From: a virus
Virus record (IMG/VR): IMGVR_UViG_3300027895_000005
Span: 1 to 38,138 of that record
DNA length: 38,138 nt
Direction: 5' to 3' (one strand)
Part shown: piece after piece, positions 7,669 through 17,013 of the stretch
How positions within the stretch are numbered: the first letter of the stretch is position 1
How the letters are laid out: every line of letters begins with the position of its first letter
Translations under genes and position numbers: made by a program
The notes under the pieces: generated by a model
Databases searched by the model: none
Told to the model about the DNA's origin: nothing
What the model saw: only the letters and a program-made list of their open reading frames with translations

Positions 7669-9558
7669 TCACCCCAGCAGCAACCCCGGAAACCACCAGT
7701 ACGACTGATCGAGCGGGGCAACTAGCGCTCCGCTTGTCCCGCCCGTCCACGAGTAGAGCAGCCCTTGCGGCGTCAGGAAATACCATCCGCCATATGCCGT
7801 GTTGCTGCCGTTGCCGCTCTGATACCAGTCCGCATCCATCCCGCGATAGGTTGTGTCCCACGCGCCCGTGAACTGCAAATCCAGTCCGGCAGGCGGCGTG
7901 TATCCCGCCGTCGCCAGCGCGAGGGGATTCTGCCAGAGGCTCGTGTCCATCAGAGCGACCGTCGCCGACGATTGCCCCGTAGCAGAGCCTTGTACGCCGT
8001 CCCACTGGTGCAGCGTGCCGTCAGCGAGGATGAAGTACCACCCGTAATGCGCCGTGTTCGACCCGTTGGCGCTTTGGAGCCAGTCGGCGTTGATGCCGTA
8101 CTGTACGGTGTACCAACGGCCGGTGTATTGCAGGTCAAGAGACTGTTCAACGCCAGCCAGGTAGGATGAGGCAGGCCAAGGAAATTCAACGGGTATGCTG
8201 GAAACGCCATTGGCAATCACCGTGAGGGAGTATGTTCCCGGGTTGAGTCCAGCGGGAACCATGAACTGTGTGCTGACGACCTGCGCGCCCGTGGCGACTA
8301 CACTGCTCCAGCCGTAGGTCGTCGCGAAGACCGTGTTGCCACCCGCTGACAGCGTGACCAGCGGGTAGTTGCTCGCCATCTGCGCGTCGTCGCCGTAGGA
8401 CGCCCCCTCGTTCCAGCCGTTGAGGTTCGTGCCCGCGACGGTGTACGACCCGTCCGCATCCGGCAACACGCTGGCGATGGTTGGAGCGACACCCGCAGGG
8501 GCCGCGCCTGCCTCGCTATAGACCACCAGTGAGTCAGTGATCCCGTCCGTCATGAGCACCTGACCCGTGGGCAGGAGCAGCATCCTCGCGGGGAAAGCCG
8601 GCTCGCCCGAGTAATCGCCTGGCGGCGTCGGGACGCTCGTGATGGTGTTGCTCGCAGGGTTGTACTCGAACACCTGCGAGGGCGCCGTGTATCCCGGCTG
8701 ATCGGCGATGAATAGGACATTGCCGTCTGGCAGTTCGGCCGCGGGCGCGTCGTCGGCCACATTACCACCCGGGATCGTCGGCCCCTGCGTCCAGGCGTTG
8801 CTCGCGGGGTTGTAGAGCCCTGTCTCGCCCGTCGCGCCGAGGAAGAACACCTGTCCGCTGTACAGCAGCATGGCCGGCCCGATCTCGGGTTGACTGCTGG
8901 CGAGCGCTGGCCCCTGTCCGGTCCAGGTCCACGTCCCCGACGTGGGCGAGTACACCTGTCCGTACTGCGGGTATCCCTCGACGTCGTAATCCAGCACGCC
9001 GCCGCCGGGCAGCTTCACCCACGTCTCCTCTTCGCCCGGATCGCCGCCAGCCTTGCTTCCCGTCTGGGTCCATGTGTTGCTCGCGGGCGCGTAGATCCAC
9101 GTCGTGGCATCGTGCGTGGACCCTGCCAGGACGTTGCCGTCCGGCAGGACCATCAGTTCGCCGTCGCCAAAGGAAGCCTCCGGGAATGGTGCAATGGCTG
9201 TCCAGGCGTTGCTCTGCACGTGGTAGATTTCCCCGTCCGGGGTGTTATCCCCGCCCGCGCTACTGAACTCGCCGCCGAGGAACATCACATCGCCATCGGG
9301 GAGCACAACCGAACCGTAGGAGTTCCGCGAGTTGATGCTGCTCGCCAGCGTGGACCAGACGCCGTTGACATAACTCCCATTCACGGGCGTCAGTTCGTAC
9401 CACGTCGTCGAACCGAACGCGGCGCTCTGCGCCATGACGTCGCCATTGGTCAACAGCAGCATGGTGCTGACGGCCGATGGTGGCGCATTCGCCAGCAGTG
9501 TGTAGCCAGCAAGGGCGATACGATCTTCGAGGGTTTCCAGGTTCGGTCGAGTCGTCAT
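7669..9558 (-). CDS. Kelch/galactose-oxidase-like beta-propeller protein with planctomycete LEPRxLL-type N-terminus, Ig-like domain and two C-terminal aromatic repeats
   Basis: MTTRPNLETLEDRIALA at the start. Repeated LLxxGxV...YxPxSNxWT blades. Duplicated LDLQ(Y/F)TG.W...ADW.QS.NGSNTA..GWYF units. Confidence 0.85.
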   Translation of the reverse strand: MTTRPNLETLEDRIALAGYTLLANAPPSAVSTMLLLTNGDVMAQSAAFGSTTWYELTPVNGSYVNGVWSTLASSINSRNSYGSVVLPDGDVMFLGGEFSSAGGDNTPDGEIYHVQSNAWTAIAPFPEASFGDGELMVLPDGNVLAGSTHDATTWIYAPASNTWTQTGSKAGGDPGEEETWVKLPGGGVLDYDVEGYPQYGQVYSPTSGTWTWTGQGPALASSQPEIGPAMLLYSGQVFFLGATGETGLYNPASNAWTQGPTIPGGNVADDAPAAELPDGNVLFIADQPGYTAPSQVFEYNPASNTITSVPTPPGDYSGEPAFPARMLLLPTGQVLMTDGITDSLVVYSEAGAAPAGVAPTIASVLPDADGSYTVAGTNLNGWNEGASYGDDAQMASNYPLVTLSAGGNTVFATTYGWSSVVATGAQVVSTQFMVPAGLNPGTYSLTVIANGVSSIPVEFPWPASSYLAGVEQSLDLQYTGRWYTVQYGINADWLQSANGSNTAHYGWYFILADGTLHQWDGVQGSATGQSSATVALMDTSLWQNPLALATAGYTPPAGLDLQFTGAWDTTYRGMDADWYQSGNGSNTAYGGWYFLTPQGLLYSWTGGTSGALVAPLDQSYWWFPGLLLG

Positions 9559-11510
9559 CGCTTCCCCCTCAGTACCTCATCATGCCGGGCGACCTTCTCC
9601 GCAATCGTCGAGTCGCTGTAGTGAACGAAGTACGCGGCGTACCGTGCATCCCCTTCGCGCTGCATGCAGTTCCACTTGCCATCCAGCCGATACGCCTGCT
9701 CGGGACGCAACCTCACGTTGAAGTGGGTCTGTTCCGCCCACGGGCACGTCAAGATCGTCTCCGGCGGCCGGAACAAATCGGCGTGCTTCCTTGACACCAC
9801 CATGACGCCGGCGTTGAAGTACTCCTGACGGCACTCGCGCGACAGGCCAAGCTGCTCGAACGCTTGATCCCACACCGCCCGGAGGCTGTGCAGGCCGTGA
9901 TTCTCCACCTCGTTGAACGCGCCGACCCTGTCTTCGGGAACCACCCGGAAGATATCCGGAGCCGCGTCGCTCACCCAAATGTCACCGTCCAGCCAGCAGA
10001 CGCGCTCGTATTGCTCGAGCCTCTTCGCAAACTGCCATTTGCCATATAGTTCTGGCGTGCCGTCATGCTCGAGCGTGAGGTAGTCCGCCCCGATGCGCTC
10101 AGCGTACCGCCGGTGCGACGGACCGAAGATGGGTTCCAGTTCCGCGTACGCGCCCCAGAACGCGCTGACGACGGCGCGGCGCATGAAGGTCTGCTGCTGC
10201 TCGACAACGTGAGCCACCTCTTCCGGGGTAATCATGTCCATGCAGCGAGGAACGGTGTCCTGTCCCTGTTGCGCGATCGGGAATCGGCACAGGCTCTTGT
10301 TCTTTTCCGTGTCGCCGTCGGGCAGGGTGACCACACGCTTCTTCCAGCAGCAGCTTTTCCCGGCCTCGAAGCACGGCAGCATCCCCGCCTTGCTGAGGTA
10401 GATGCTGCGCGGGTAAGCAAGCCAGCCCAGGGGGAACAACCCGCTCGTGAGCACTACAGAGGGCAGGTCCAGCGCCGCCATGACGTGGTTCAAAAACGAT
10501 TCAGGTCCCACAGCACCGCGTGCGTGGTACGCCAGCAAGATCAGGTCGCGCGTGTTCTCCGTCTTGCCTCGGTAGTCGATCACGCCGTCAAGCGGTCGGT
10601 GGTTGTGCTCGCTCCTGCCCACCTGCACGAACTGCACCCGCCCGCGCAGCAGGTCCACCAGCGCCTGGTAGTTGTGGTTTCCCCAGCCTTTCGTGGTGTA
10701 GTCGCTCTTCACCCCGGGGTTGACCAGCCAGTACGCCCCCTTAATGACCGGCGGTCGCTCGCGCTCCTCCTGGGAGAGGTACAGGGCAGGCCGATTCACC
10801 TGGCACTCCAGCGGTCGTGGCAGTCCAAGCGCCTGACCGAGGTGCCGCGTGAACGATTCAAGGTAGTGGATCGGCCGGCTGTCGCACTCGTGAACGAGCG
10901 GATGACGCATCTCGATTATGCGTCCCCCAATGTCACCCTCAACGTGGGGGTTGTGGGCGAAGATCGCCGCCGCGTCCGTCCCGCTGACGCTGATCCTGTA
11001 GCGCCCGGGATAGGACCGCACCAGCGATTCGATGGCAGCGCTGGCGGTCAGGGTGTCGCCGGGAGACTCCGGGAAATGGATGTGGATACGCTCGCGGGCG
11101 TCCGTCTTCACCTCCACGCGCAGTCCGTAGTCCGGGCATGCCGCACAGCACTGGATCGCGTCCACGGCGTACTGTGCGATGGTGCATTTGCCGTGACGGG
11201 CGCAGCCGAACACCTTGAGCCGGGTCTTTGGTCCGCATCGGCAGGGGACCAGTTCACCAGTGTCGGCGCCGAGATGGATGCAGGGGGCGGTGCGGTTGGC
11301 GGTTGGGGCGGGCGCGTGCTGTTTCGGCCGCAAGTGCAGCGGCACATCCGCCATCGTCTTGCCTGCCTGCGCCAGCCAGCGCTCGCGGTAGGCGGCGCAA
11401 TCTGTCGGGGTCAGACCATCAGCCGTCTCAAACCAGATCTCCAGCCGGCGCGGGGTCAGAGGGATCCCGAGCAGATCGGCGAGTTCGGCGTGTGGGTGGG
11501 TCGATGTCAT
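9555..11510 (-). CDS. Two-domain glycosyltransferase (GT9/heptosyltransferase-like GT-B plus GT8-like GT-A) with Cys-rich N-terminal domain
   Basis: SPGDTLTASAAI, DYTTKGW, FVQVG, IDYRGKT, VGPESFLNHVMAALDLPSVVL and CMDMITPEEV (GT9-like). WLDGDIW (DxD), YFNAGVMV, EQTHFN, KWN and FVHY (GT8-like). Confidence 0.88.
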   Translation of the reverse strand: MTSTHPHAELADLLGIPLTPRRLEIWFETADGLTPTDCAAYRERWLAQAGKTMADVPLHLRPKQHAPAPTANRTAPCIHLGADTGELVPCRCGPKTRLKVFGCARHGKCTIAQYAVDAIQCCAACPDYGLRVEVKTDARERIHIHFPESPGDTLTASAAIESLVRSYPGRYRISVSGTDAAAIFAHNPHVEGDIGGRIIEMRHPLVHECDSRPIHYLESFTRHLGQALGLPRPLECQVNRPALYLSQEERERPPVIKGAYWLVNPGVKSDYTTKGWGNHNYQALVDLLRGRVQFVQVGRSEHNHRPLDGVIDYRGKTENTRDLILLAYHARGAVGPESFLNHVMAALDLPSVVLTSGLFPLGWLAYPRSIYLSKAGMLPCFEAGKSCCWKKRVVTLPDGDTEKNKSLCRFPIAQQGQDTVPRCMDMITPEEVAHVVEQQQTFMRRAVVSAFWGAYAELEPIFGPSHRRYAERIGADYLTLEHDGTPELYGKWQFAKRLEQYERVCWLDGDIWVSDAAPDIFRVVPEDRVGAFNEVENHGLHSLRAVWDQAFEQLGLSRECRQEYFNAGVMVVSRKHADLFRPPETILTCPWAEQTHFNVRLRPEQAYRLDGKWNCMQREGDARYAAYFVHYSDSTIAEKVARHDEVLRGKR

Positions 11511-11538
11511 GGCTTACGCTTTTGCAAACAGTGGATGC

Positions 11539-11832
11539 TTACACGAAATCGATTTCGAGTCCCAGCGCCTTGGCGATCTTCCTGACCGCTTCACGCTTCT
11601 CTTCCAGTTCGCAATCCGGCTCATTGTGCCGCTTGTCGTATTCGCGGGCGCGTTCCAACAATCGCCGGAATTCCTCTATCTCGGCTGGCGAGATAAACGG
11701 AACAGGGACAGGTTCTTGCGGCGGCAGAGGATAGTACGGATAAGGAATGACCGGGAACGGCACTATCGGAATGGGGATAAGCGGACCCCACTTATCGCGG
11801 TAGTGGTCCATTACCATCGACACTACACACAT
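11539..11832 (-). CDS. Conserved-looking phage hypothetical protein (MCVVSMVMDHY...EFRRLLERAREYDKRHNEPDCE)
   Basis: AGGAGAG RBS before ATG 11832, and a motif-like sequence. Confidence 0.75.
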   Translation of the reverse strand: MCVVSMVMDHYRDKWGPLIPIPIVPFPVIPYPYYPLPPQEPVPVPFISPAEIEEFRRLLERAREYDKRHNEPDCELEEKREAVRKIAKALGLEIDFV

Positions 11833-11855
11833 AAACTCTCCTCTCCTTTCTTGGC

Positions 11856-14800
11856 TCACCCCGTAACCGTGATAATGGTGGCGTCGGGCAGGTCCATGAA
11901 GCCGAACCCCGGACCTTTTGCCAGGCTGGCGATGACGCTGGCGGGAAACTGAAACTCCAGGGAGCTGCAAACCGGGACAAGGACCGCCGTGCCCGGGTTC
12001 CGCCCGTCAGACGTTTCCCACACCGAACCGACGCATTCGATCTTGGGACTGAAACTCAACCCCTCGCCGCACACGCTGAGTACGCTGCTGTTGATCCAGC
12101 CGCCGTTGGGGTTGGTCGGATCATAGTAGAGGGGGATGGTCTCGGAGCACGCGCCTGAAGCAAAACTCAGGTAAACCGTCTTCGGCAACAGCACGCCTGG
12201 ACAGCAAGGGGAAGAGAAACCCCCCGGCACGGTCGGCGGGCAATTCGCCATGCCCGATTGCGTGATGCTGATTGTCACTGGCGACGTGCAACCACATGTG
12301 CCGGAAGCGATCGTGTAACACAGCGAGAGAGCACCCGGGGCGCAGTTCACGACGCCCGTCAACGGAATGGACGTCCCGTTCCAGTCGAGCGTGAACGTCG
12401 CAGGGTTCAGCGAGATCGCCGACGTCGTGCAGGTCCCGACTGATTGTCCCGCCGTCAGGTAGTAGAGCGATGCGCCCGAGTTCCAGGTCAAGCTATAGTT
12501 TCCGGTGCAAGATCCGCCATTGTCATCGGCCGATAGATACAGCACGGGGGGCAGCGTCTGACCGGCGCATGGCCCGCTCGTGATGGTCGCCGGCGAGCAC
12601 GTCCCCGGGCAGTTCAAAGGCTGGAGCGTGACCGTCATCGGGCCGGCCGTCGATGGGGTCGATCCAGGCGACGACGTCGGGCCGTAGCAGAAGGGGATGA
12701 CAGTCGCGGTCGAGGGGAAATAGGCCGTCCCTGGACTGCTGGCCCCGGCGTCGTAGTTGAGCGTGAGGTTGTCGCAGCAGTTGAGCGTCCCCGACCCGGT
12801 CGCGGTGTACGTCGCCTCCAGCGAGGTCACAAAAGGTCCCTGCCCAGGCCCCAGGGGAGGTAGGATCACGTTGACGGCAAGCGCGAGCGTTGCGCTCCAG
12901 TTGCCCCCGCTCTCGCTGATGGCGAAGCCCGCTTCCATCTCGCACACGCCGGAGTTGCAGGTCCCTCCCGTTCCGCTGTACCCGCAACCAGTCGTGTTCA
13001 GCCCCATTCCGACAGGCGTTCCGGGAACTCCGTTCATGGCCTGGAGCGTCCAGCTCGCCGCCGGGTTGGCCGTGCAGCCGTTGCATGTGCCGCCGCCTCC
13101 ACCCGTCAGGGCTGGCGTCGTCAAGGTCAGCGTGTTCGTACAGGCGCAATCCCACGCCCCGCCCGTGTACTGCACCACGAGGCTGTTGAACGTCCCCGTG
13201 AGCACTCCTGTTGCCGCATTCAGCGACCAGATACCCGTGGAGTCGGTGTATGTACACCCGCTGCTGTAGTTCAGCACGAAGCTGCCGTTGAAGATGGCAT
13301 ACGCCCCGGAAAAACCCGTCAGCGCAAACCCGTACTGGCTCGGCATCCCGCCCGGGCACGTGCTGCAACCCGTGGGACACCCTGGACCCCCTCCGCTGCT
13401 GCTGCTGACGCCCGGACAACAGCCCGTGCAGCCTGTAAACGTGGTCTGCGTCTGCGCCGGACCACCGCCGGCGATGAGCTGGCCCGTCGAATTGAACAGC
13501 AGCGTCTGGGGGACGCCGTAGGGAGGAGCACAGGTAACGCTCGCGAGAATGGTCACCGAAGGGATAACGGGTGAGATCAACCCGTTGACGAAGGTCAGGG
13601 TGAGCACCGATGGAACGGACACCCCCGTCGCGCACGAGTAGCCGGAGATCACGGTGTAAGAGCCGGTGTAGGGTCCGCTGCCGTCGCCGGCTTGCGCAGC
13701 GCCGTTTGTGAAGGTGATCGCGCTGGGTACGACGGTAAGCGTCGTGCCGTTGCAGACAACGCTGAGAACCACCGGGATCTGGAGAGTGGCACCCGTGCAG
13801 CAGGAGGGGGGTGGGGGCGGGGTTGGCGGCGTCACGCTCGCCTGGGGGACTTCGGGCGGGTGGTCCAGCCACGGGCCACGCTGTACTCGTACCACAACCC
13901 GGGCGTCATCGGTGATGTACTCCACCAACTCGGCCACGCCGTCCATCTGCCACGCGACGGCCCCCGAATACATCGCATCGACGCCGTAGGCTTGCCAGGT
14001 GTACCAGTCGGCCGCCCACTGCGCGGCCAGGGCGCTGTCGGTCGTACTCTGTGCGCTGATGAGGTTCTTGGTCCCGGGGAACCCCGTCACCCCCGCGAGA
14101 ACCGGCACGGTCAGAGCTGCGCTTGAAAGCGACGTGGTGACGGATGCCTCGCCCGACGTGCCCTGACCGAACACCACGGTCACGCTCTGGGGCATGGCGC
14201 GTGTGAGGTCGGTCAGCGATCCCGCTCCCAGGTCGAACACGTCGCCCGCGAGGCGTGCGGCGCGTGCCAGGTTCGCGGTGAAGCGCGTTGCTCCCGTACT
14301 GGCGTTCAGCGCCTCCACCGTGCCGTCGAGTTGACAGACGATCCGCTGACCGCACAACCAGGCGATCGAGTCAAGGAGCAACGGAAGGGAGGTTGACGGC
14401 GCTGTAAGGTCCGAAGGCGGCGTGCCGTAGTTGCTATTGACCGCGTCGCCGCCGATGGTGATGCCGAGGGCGTCGGCGATGGCCGTGTAGAGGTCCGCCC
14501 ATGTGCTCCCGGTCAGTCCCAGCGAGTAGTTGAACCACAACGCGAAACGCTGATCCACCAGCGTCAGCAGGTACAGGCCGCTCGGCGATGCGCTGCTCTG
14601 CGTCGGCGTGATCGCCCGATACAGCGGCCGGGCGGGCAGCATCGCCATGTTCTTCGCGGTGACGATGTTCTGGCCGTCGTTGATGACCAGATCGCCGACG
14701 CCGTTATTTCCTGGGACGCTCAGGTAGGTGCGGATGAGAGCGAGTTGCTGCTCGCTGGCGGCGTAGTGCCCCACCGCGAAGCGGGACGCGTCCGCCGGCC

Positions 14801-14963
14801 AGTGAAGCGAGCCGATGCGGGGTTGCTGACGGGGGAGAGCGCCGCGGAAACCAGAGAAGGCAAGAGCCGAGCCGGGATATGTGCGAGAAGCGAACTCCCA
14901 GATAAACCTGTAATCGAGGTCGATCTGGAGTTCCGCGACCTGCTCGCGCGAGAGAACGGTCAA
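11856..14963 (-). CDS. Large tail-tip/baseplate-hub-like protein with Cys/Ser/Thr/Gly-rich C-terminal two thirds
   Basis: N-terminal LYLLTLVDQRF...LLLDSIAWLCGQRIVCQLDG is hub-like. A poly-Pro linker is followed by many CC/CxxC motifs. TTG start, and position in the tail module. Confidence 0.75.
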   Translation of the reverse strand: MTVLSREQVAELQIDLDYRFIWEFASRTYPGSALAFSGFRGALPRQQPRIGSLHWPADASRFAVGHYAASEQQLALIRTYLSVPGNNGVGDLVINDGQNIVTAKNMAMLPARPLYRAITPTQSSASPSGLYLLTLVDQRFALWFNYSLGLTGSTWADLYTAIADALGITIGGDAVNSNYGTPPSDLTAPSTSLPLLLDSIAWLCGQRIVCQLDGTVEALNASTGATRFTANLARAARLAGDVFDLGAGSLTDLTRAMPQSVTVVFGQGTSGEASVTTSLSSAALTVPVLAGVTGFPGTKNLISAQSTTDSALAAQWAADWYTWQAYGVDAMYSGAVAWQMDGVAELVEYITDDARVVVRVQRGPWLDHPPEVPQASVTPPTPPPPPSCCTGATLQIPVVLSVVCNGTTLTVVPSAITFTNGAAQAGDGSGPYTGSYTVISGYSCATGVSVPSVLTLTFVNGLISPVIPSVTILASVTCAPPYGVPQTLLFNSTGQLIAGGGPAQTQTTFTGCTGCCPGVSSSSGGGPGCPTGCSTCPGGMPSQYGFALTGFSGAYAIFNGSFVLNYSSGCTYTDSTGIWSLNAATGVLTGTFNSLVVQYTGGAWDCACTNTLTLTTPALTGGGGGTCNGCTANPAASWTLQAMNGVPGTPVGMGLNTTGCGYSGTGGTCNSGVCEMEAGFAISESGGNWSATLALAVNVILPPLGPGQGPFVTSLEATYTATGSGTLNCCDNLTLNYDAGASSPGTAYFPSTATVIPFCYGPTSSPGSTPSTAGPMTVTLQPLNCPGTCSPATITSGPCAGQTLPPVLYLSADDNGGSCTGNYSLTWNSGASLYYLTAGQSVGTCTTSAISLNPATFTLDWNGTSIPLTGVVNCAPGALSLCYTIASGTCGCTSPVTISITQSGMANCPPTVPGGFSSPCCPGVLLPKTVYLSFASGACSETIPLYYDPTNPNGGWINSSVLSVCGEGLSFSPKIECVGSVWETSDGRNPGTAVLVPVCSSLEFQFPASVIASLAKGPGFGFMDLPDATIITVTG

Positions 14964-15001
14964 CAGACTGCCGCAGTAGTTAAACAGAGTCGCCTACTCC
15001 A

Positions 15002-15523
15002 CTACTGAATGCTCTGGTCGAGGTTCCGCTCGTACTCCACCGTCGCCGTGAAGTGTGAGCAAACCCAGTTGGGGTCGTCGCGCATCTTCTCCGCGCTGGT
15101 CGGTCCCTTCACGAAGACCGGGAAGGAGAGAATGTTGCCGAGTGCGTCCTGCGCCGCCCAGATTTGCAGCGCATTGGCGACCTGATCTTCCAGGGCGAAG
15201 TGGCCCAGCGATGCGTCCGTCAGGCGTATGGCGTCCTGGTCGGCCGGATCGAGGTAGACGCGCGTCCGGCAGTAGACGTAGATTTGCCGCTTGCGGCGGT
15301 CGTCCACGCGGCCGGAGCCTTCCAGCATGCCCTCCTCTTCGTCTTCGCCCATTGGGCGAATAAGTATGTCTTGATCCCCCTGGTATCGGGGAACGGTCTC
15401 TCCGTCCTCGGCAACGATCATGATGCGCGACTGGTCAAGGTTGGTGGACTTGACGAGTTGTGCTTGCATGAGAAGCACGATCGGGCCGATGTTGGCGCGG
15501 AGGAAGGCGGCGGGAGCCGGCAT
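15002..15523 (-). CDS. Tail terminator/completion-like protein
   Basis: 173 aa with an alpha/beta pattern ending HFTATVEYER, as expected for tail terminators. AAGGAG RBS. The function is inferred. Confidence 0.5.
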   Translation of the reverse strand: MPAPAAFLRANIGPIVLLMQAQLVKSTNLDQSRIMIVAEDGETVPRYQGDQDILIRPMGEDEEEGMLEGSGRVDDRRKRQIYVYCRTRVYLDPADQDAIRLTDASLGHFALEDQVANALQIWAAQDALGNILSFPVFVKGPTSAEKMRDDPNWVCSHFTATVEYERNLDQSIQ

Positions 15524-15538
15524 GGAGGGCTCCTTGGA

Positions 15539-16954
15539 TCAAGCCACAAGGGAGTCAGCGATCGTCGGAGAACCGCTGTACGGGAATTGCAACCCAAGCA
15601 GCCGCAACCCAAAGAACCGCTCCAGCCAGATGGCGAGCAGTCCGGGAGTGTTGCTCAGGGCGATCGTCCAGGCGTCGTTCCTGACCACGTTTGTGCTGCC
15701 CGCAAACGCCGCCACAGTCGGCCCGCCCACGTAGGTTGGTTGCGCCGGCCGCATCGCCAGATCGTCGATGTAGATGATCTTCGTGCTGGTCAGGGCGGTC
15801 GTCAGGCTCAGTTGCAGACGCACGATTGCCGGCAACGCTGTTGGGGTGGCGAAGGTTCCGTTGTGGGCCACATAACTGGTGGTGACGCCTGAGAGGGTGA
15901 CGGAGAAGTCGCACGGGTTACCGGCGTCGTTGTTGATGACCGTGTTGGTGTCATCCGTGAGCGCCACGCGCAAAACGCCCGCTGATGGGGCACTTGGGGT
16001 CTTGAGGAACATGTTCACGGTGTACAGGGTGGACGGCAGGATCTTGTAGGGCGTTCCGCCGGCGCCGCTGGTGACCGAGTGCGGCGTGTTGAATTGCTGG
16101 TACAGCGTGCTCAGGGTGGAACCGTCGCCCAGCAATTCCAGGCAGTTCGTTCCCGTGTAGGCGTTGCCCGAACCGCCAGCCGTTATGTCGGTCCCAGCCA
16201 CCCCCGTGGAGATCACGAAATCCTGGGGGTAATTGGCCGTGAATGTCTCCATGTCGCCGTTGAACAAAACGGTGTTTCCCGCGTTGTTCAGTTGCGAATC
16301 GGCGATGTTGATTGCGGTAACGCTGCCCGAACCGGCTGGCCACGCATACGACCAGATATTCGGCGCTGCCGCCGCGCCGACGATGGACAGTGGCTCCTGT
16401 CGCGCCACGGCCCCGCTGTTCTGGTCGAGGGTTGCCGTTGCGCGAAACGTCTCGGCGAAGGGCGTCTGGATCGTGTCGCCACGCTTGTTGAGCAGCCCGA
16501 AGACGATGACAGGGTTGCCGGTCGCGAGAACGGCAGTTTGCGCCCCGACCGAGACGGAACTGGCGTTGATGCTGTCGGAACTGAGGCGCATCTGCCGAAT
16601 CAGTTCCGTGACGCAATTGGTGAGCGTTGGGCTTTGCAGCGAGGCGTCGAGCTGGACCTGCTGGTTGAAGACACTGACGGCAAGAGCGGCCAGTTGCGTA
16701 AGGAATCCGGTCTGAGAAACAGACCAGGCGTTGATTTGCGGCCATGTCCCTGACGCGGAGTTGTACGTGGAAGTGAGAACCGGGTTGTAGTTCGCATCGG
16801 TCTGGAGGGTCTGACCGCGCGTCTGCCAGGATGCGCCACTCAAAACGCGAGCAGTCGCCGTTCCGCCAAGTAGGGCCTCGATGTCGGCAGCGCCGCCCGC
16901 GATGTGCGCGACCCTGGGGAATATGCCGCCATTCCCATTCAGCAGCACAGTCAT
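15539..16954 (-). CDS. Tail-associated structural protein with a carbohydrate-binding-like jelly-roll segment
   Basis: GGAGGG RBS before MTVLLNG. The segment LFNGDMETF...YTGTNCLEL...LYQQ...YTVNMFLK...IYIDDL resembles CBM4/9-type domains. Confidence 0.7.
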   Translation of the reverse strand: MTVLLNGNGGIFPRVAHIAGGAADIEALLGGTATARVLSGASWQTRGQTLQTDANYNPVLTSTYNSASGTWPQINAWSVSQTGFLTQLAALAVSVFNQQVQLDASLQSPTLTNCVTELIRQMRLSSDSINASSVSVGAQTAVLATGNPVIVFGLLNKRGDTIQTPFAETFRATATLDQNSGAVARQEPLSIVGAAAAPNIWSYAWPAGSGSVTAINIADSQLNNAGNTVLFNGDMETFTANYPQDFVISTGVAGTDITAGGSGNAYTGTNCLELLGDGSTLSTLYQQFNTPHSVTSGAGGTPYKILPSTLYTVNMFLKTPSAPSAGVLRVALTDDTNTVINNDAGNPCDFSVTLSGVTTSYVAHNGTFATPTALPAIVRLQLSLTTALTSTKIIYIDDLAMRPAQPTYVGGPTVAAFAGSTNVVRNDAWTIALSNTPGLLAIWLERFFGLRLLGLQFPYSGSPTIADSLVA

Positions 16955-16960
16955 GGAAAA

Positions 16961-16992
16961 ACCCTCCAGCACGATTAATCGTGCTGGAGGGT
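16961..16992. promoter_or_regulatory. Perfect 32-bp palindrome overlapping the RBS of the 16954 gene
   Basis: accctccagcacgatt|aatcgtgctggagggt is an exact reverse complement of itself. Confidence 0.9.
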
Positions 16993-17013
16993 AAGCGGAA
17001 GAGGATCGGAAGG

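Noticed and set aside
5077-15892. Long plus-strand ORFs (e.g. 5077-6174, 8890-9621, 10065-11585, 15164-15892)
   Set aside because: Antisense shadows of well-supported minus-strand genes in high-GC DNA, with no recognisable motifs.
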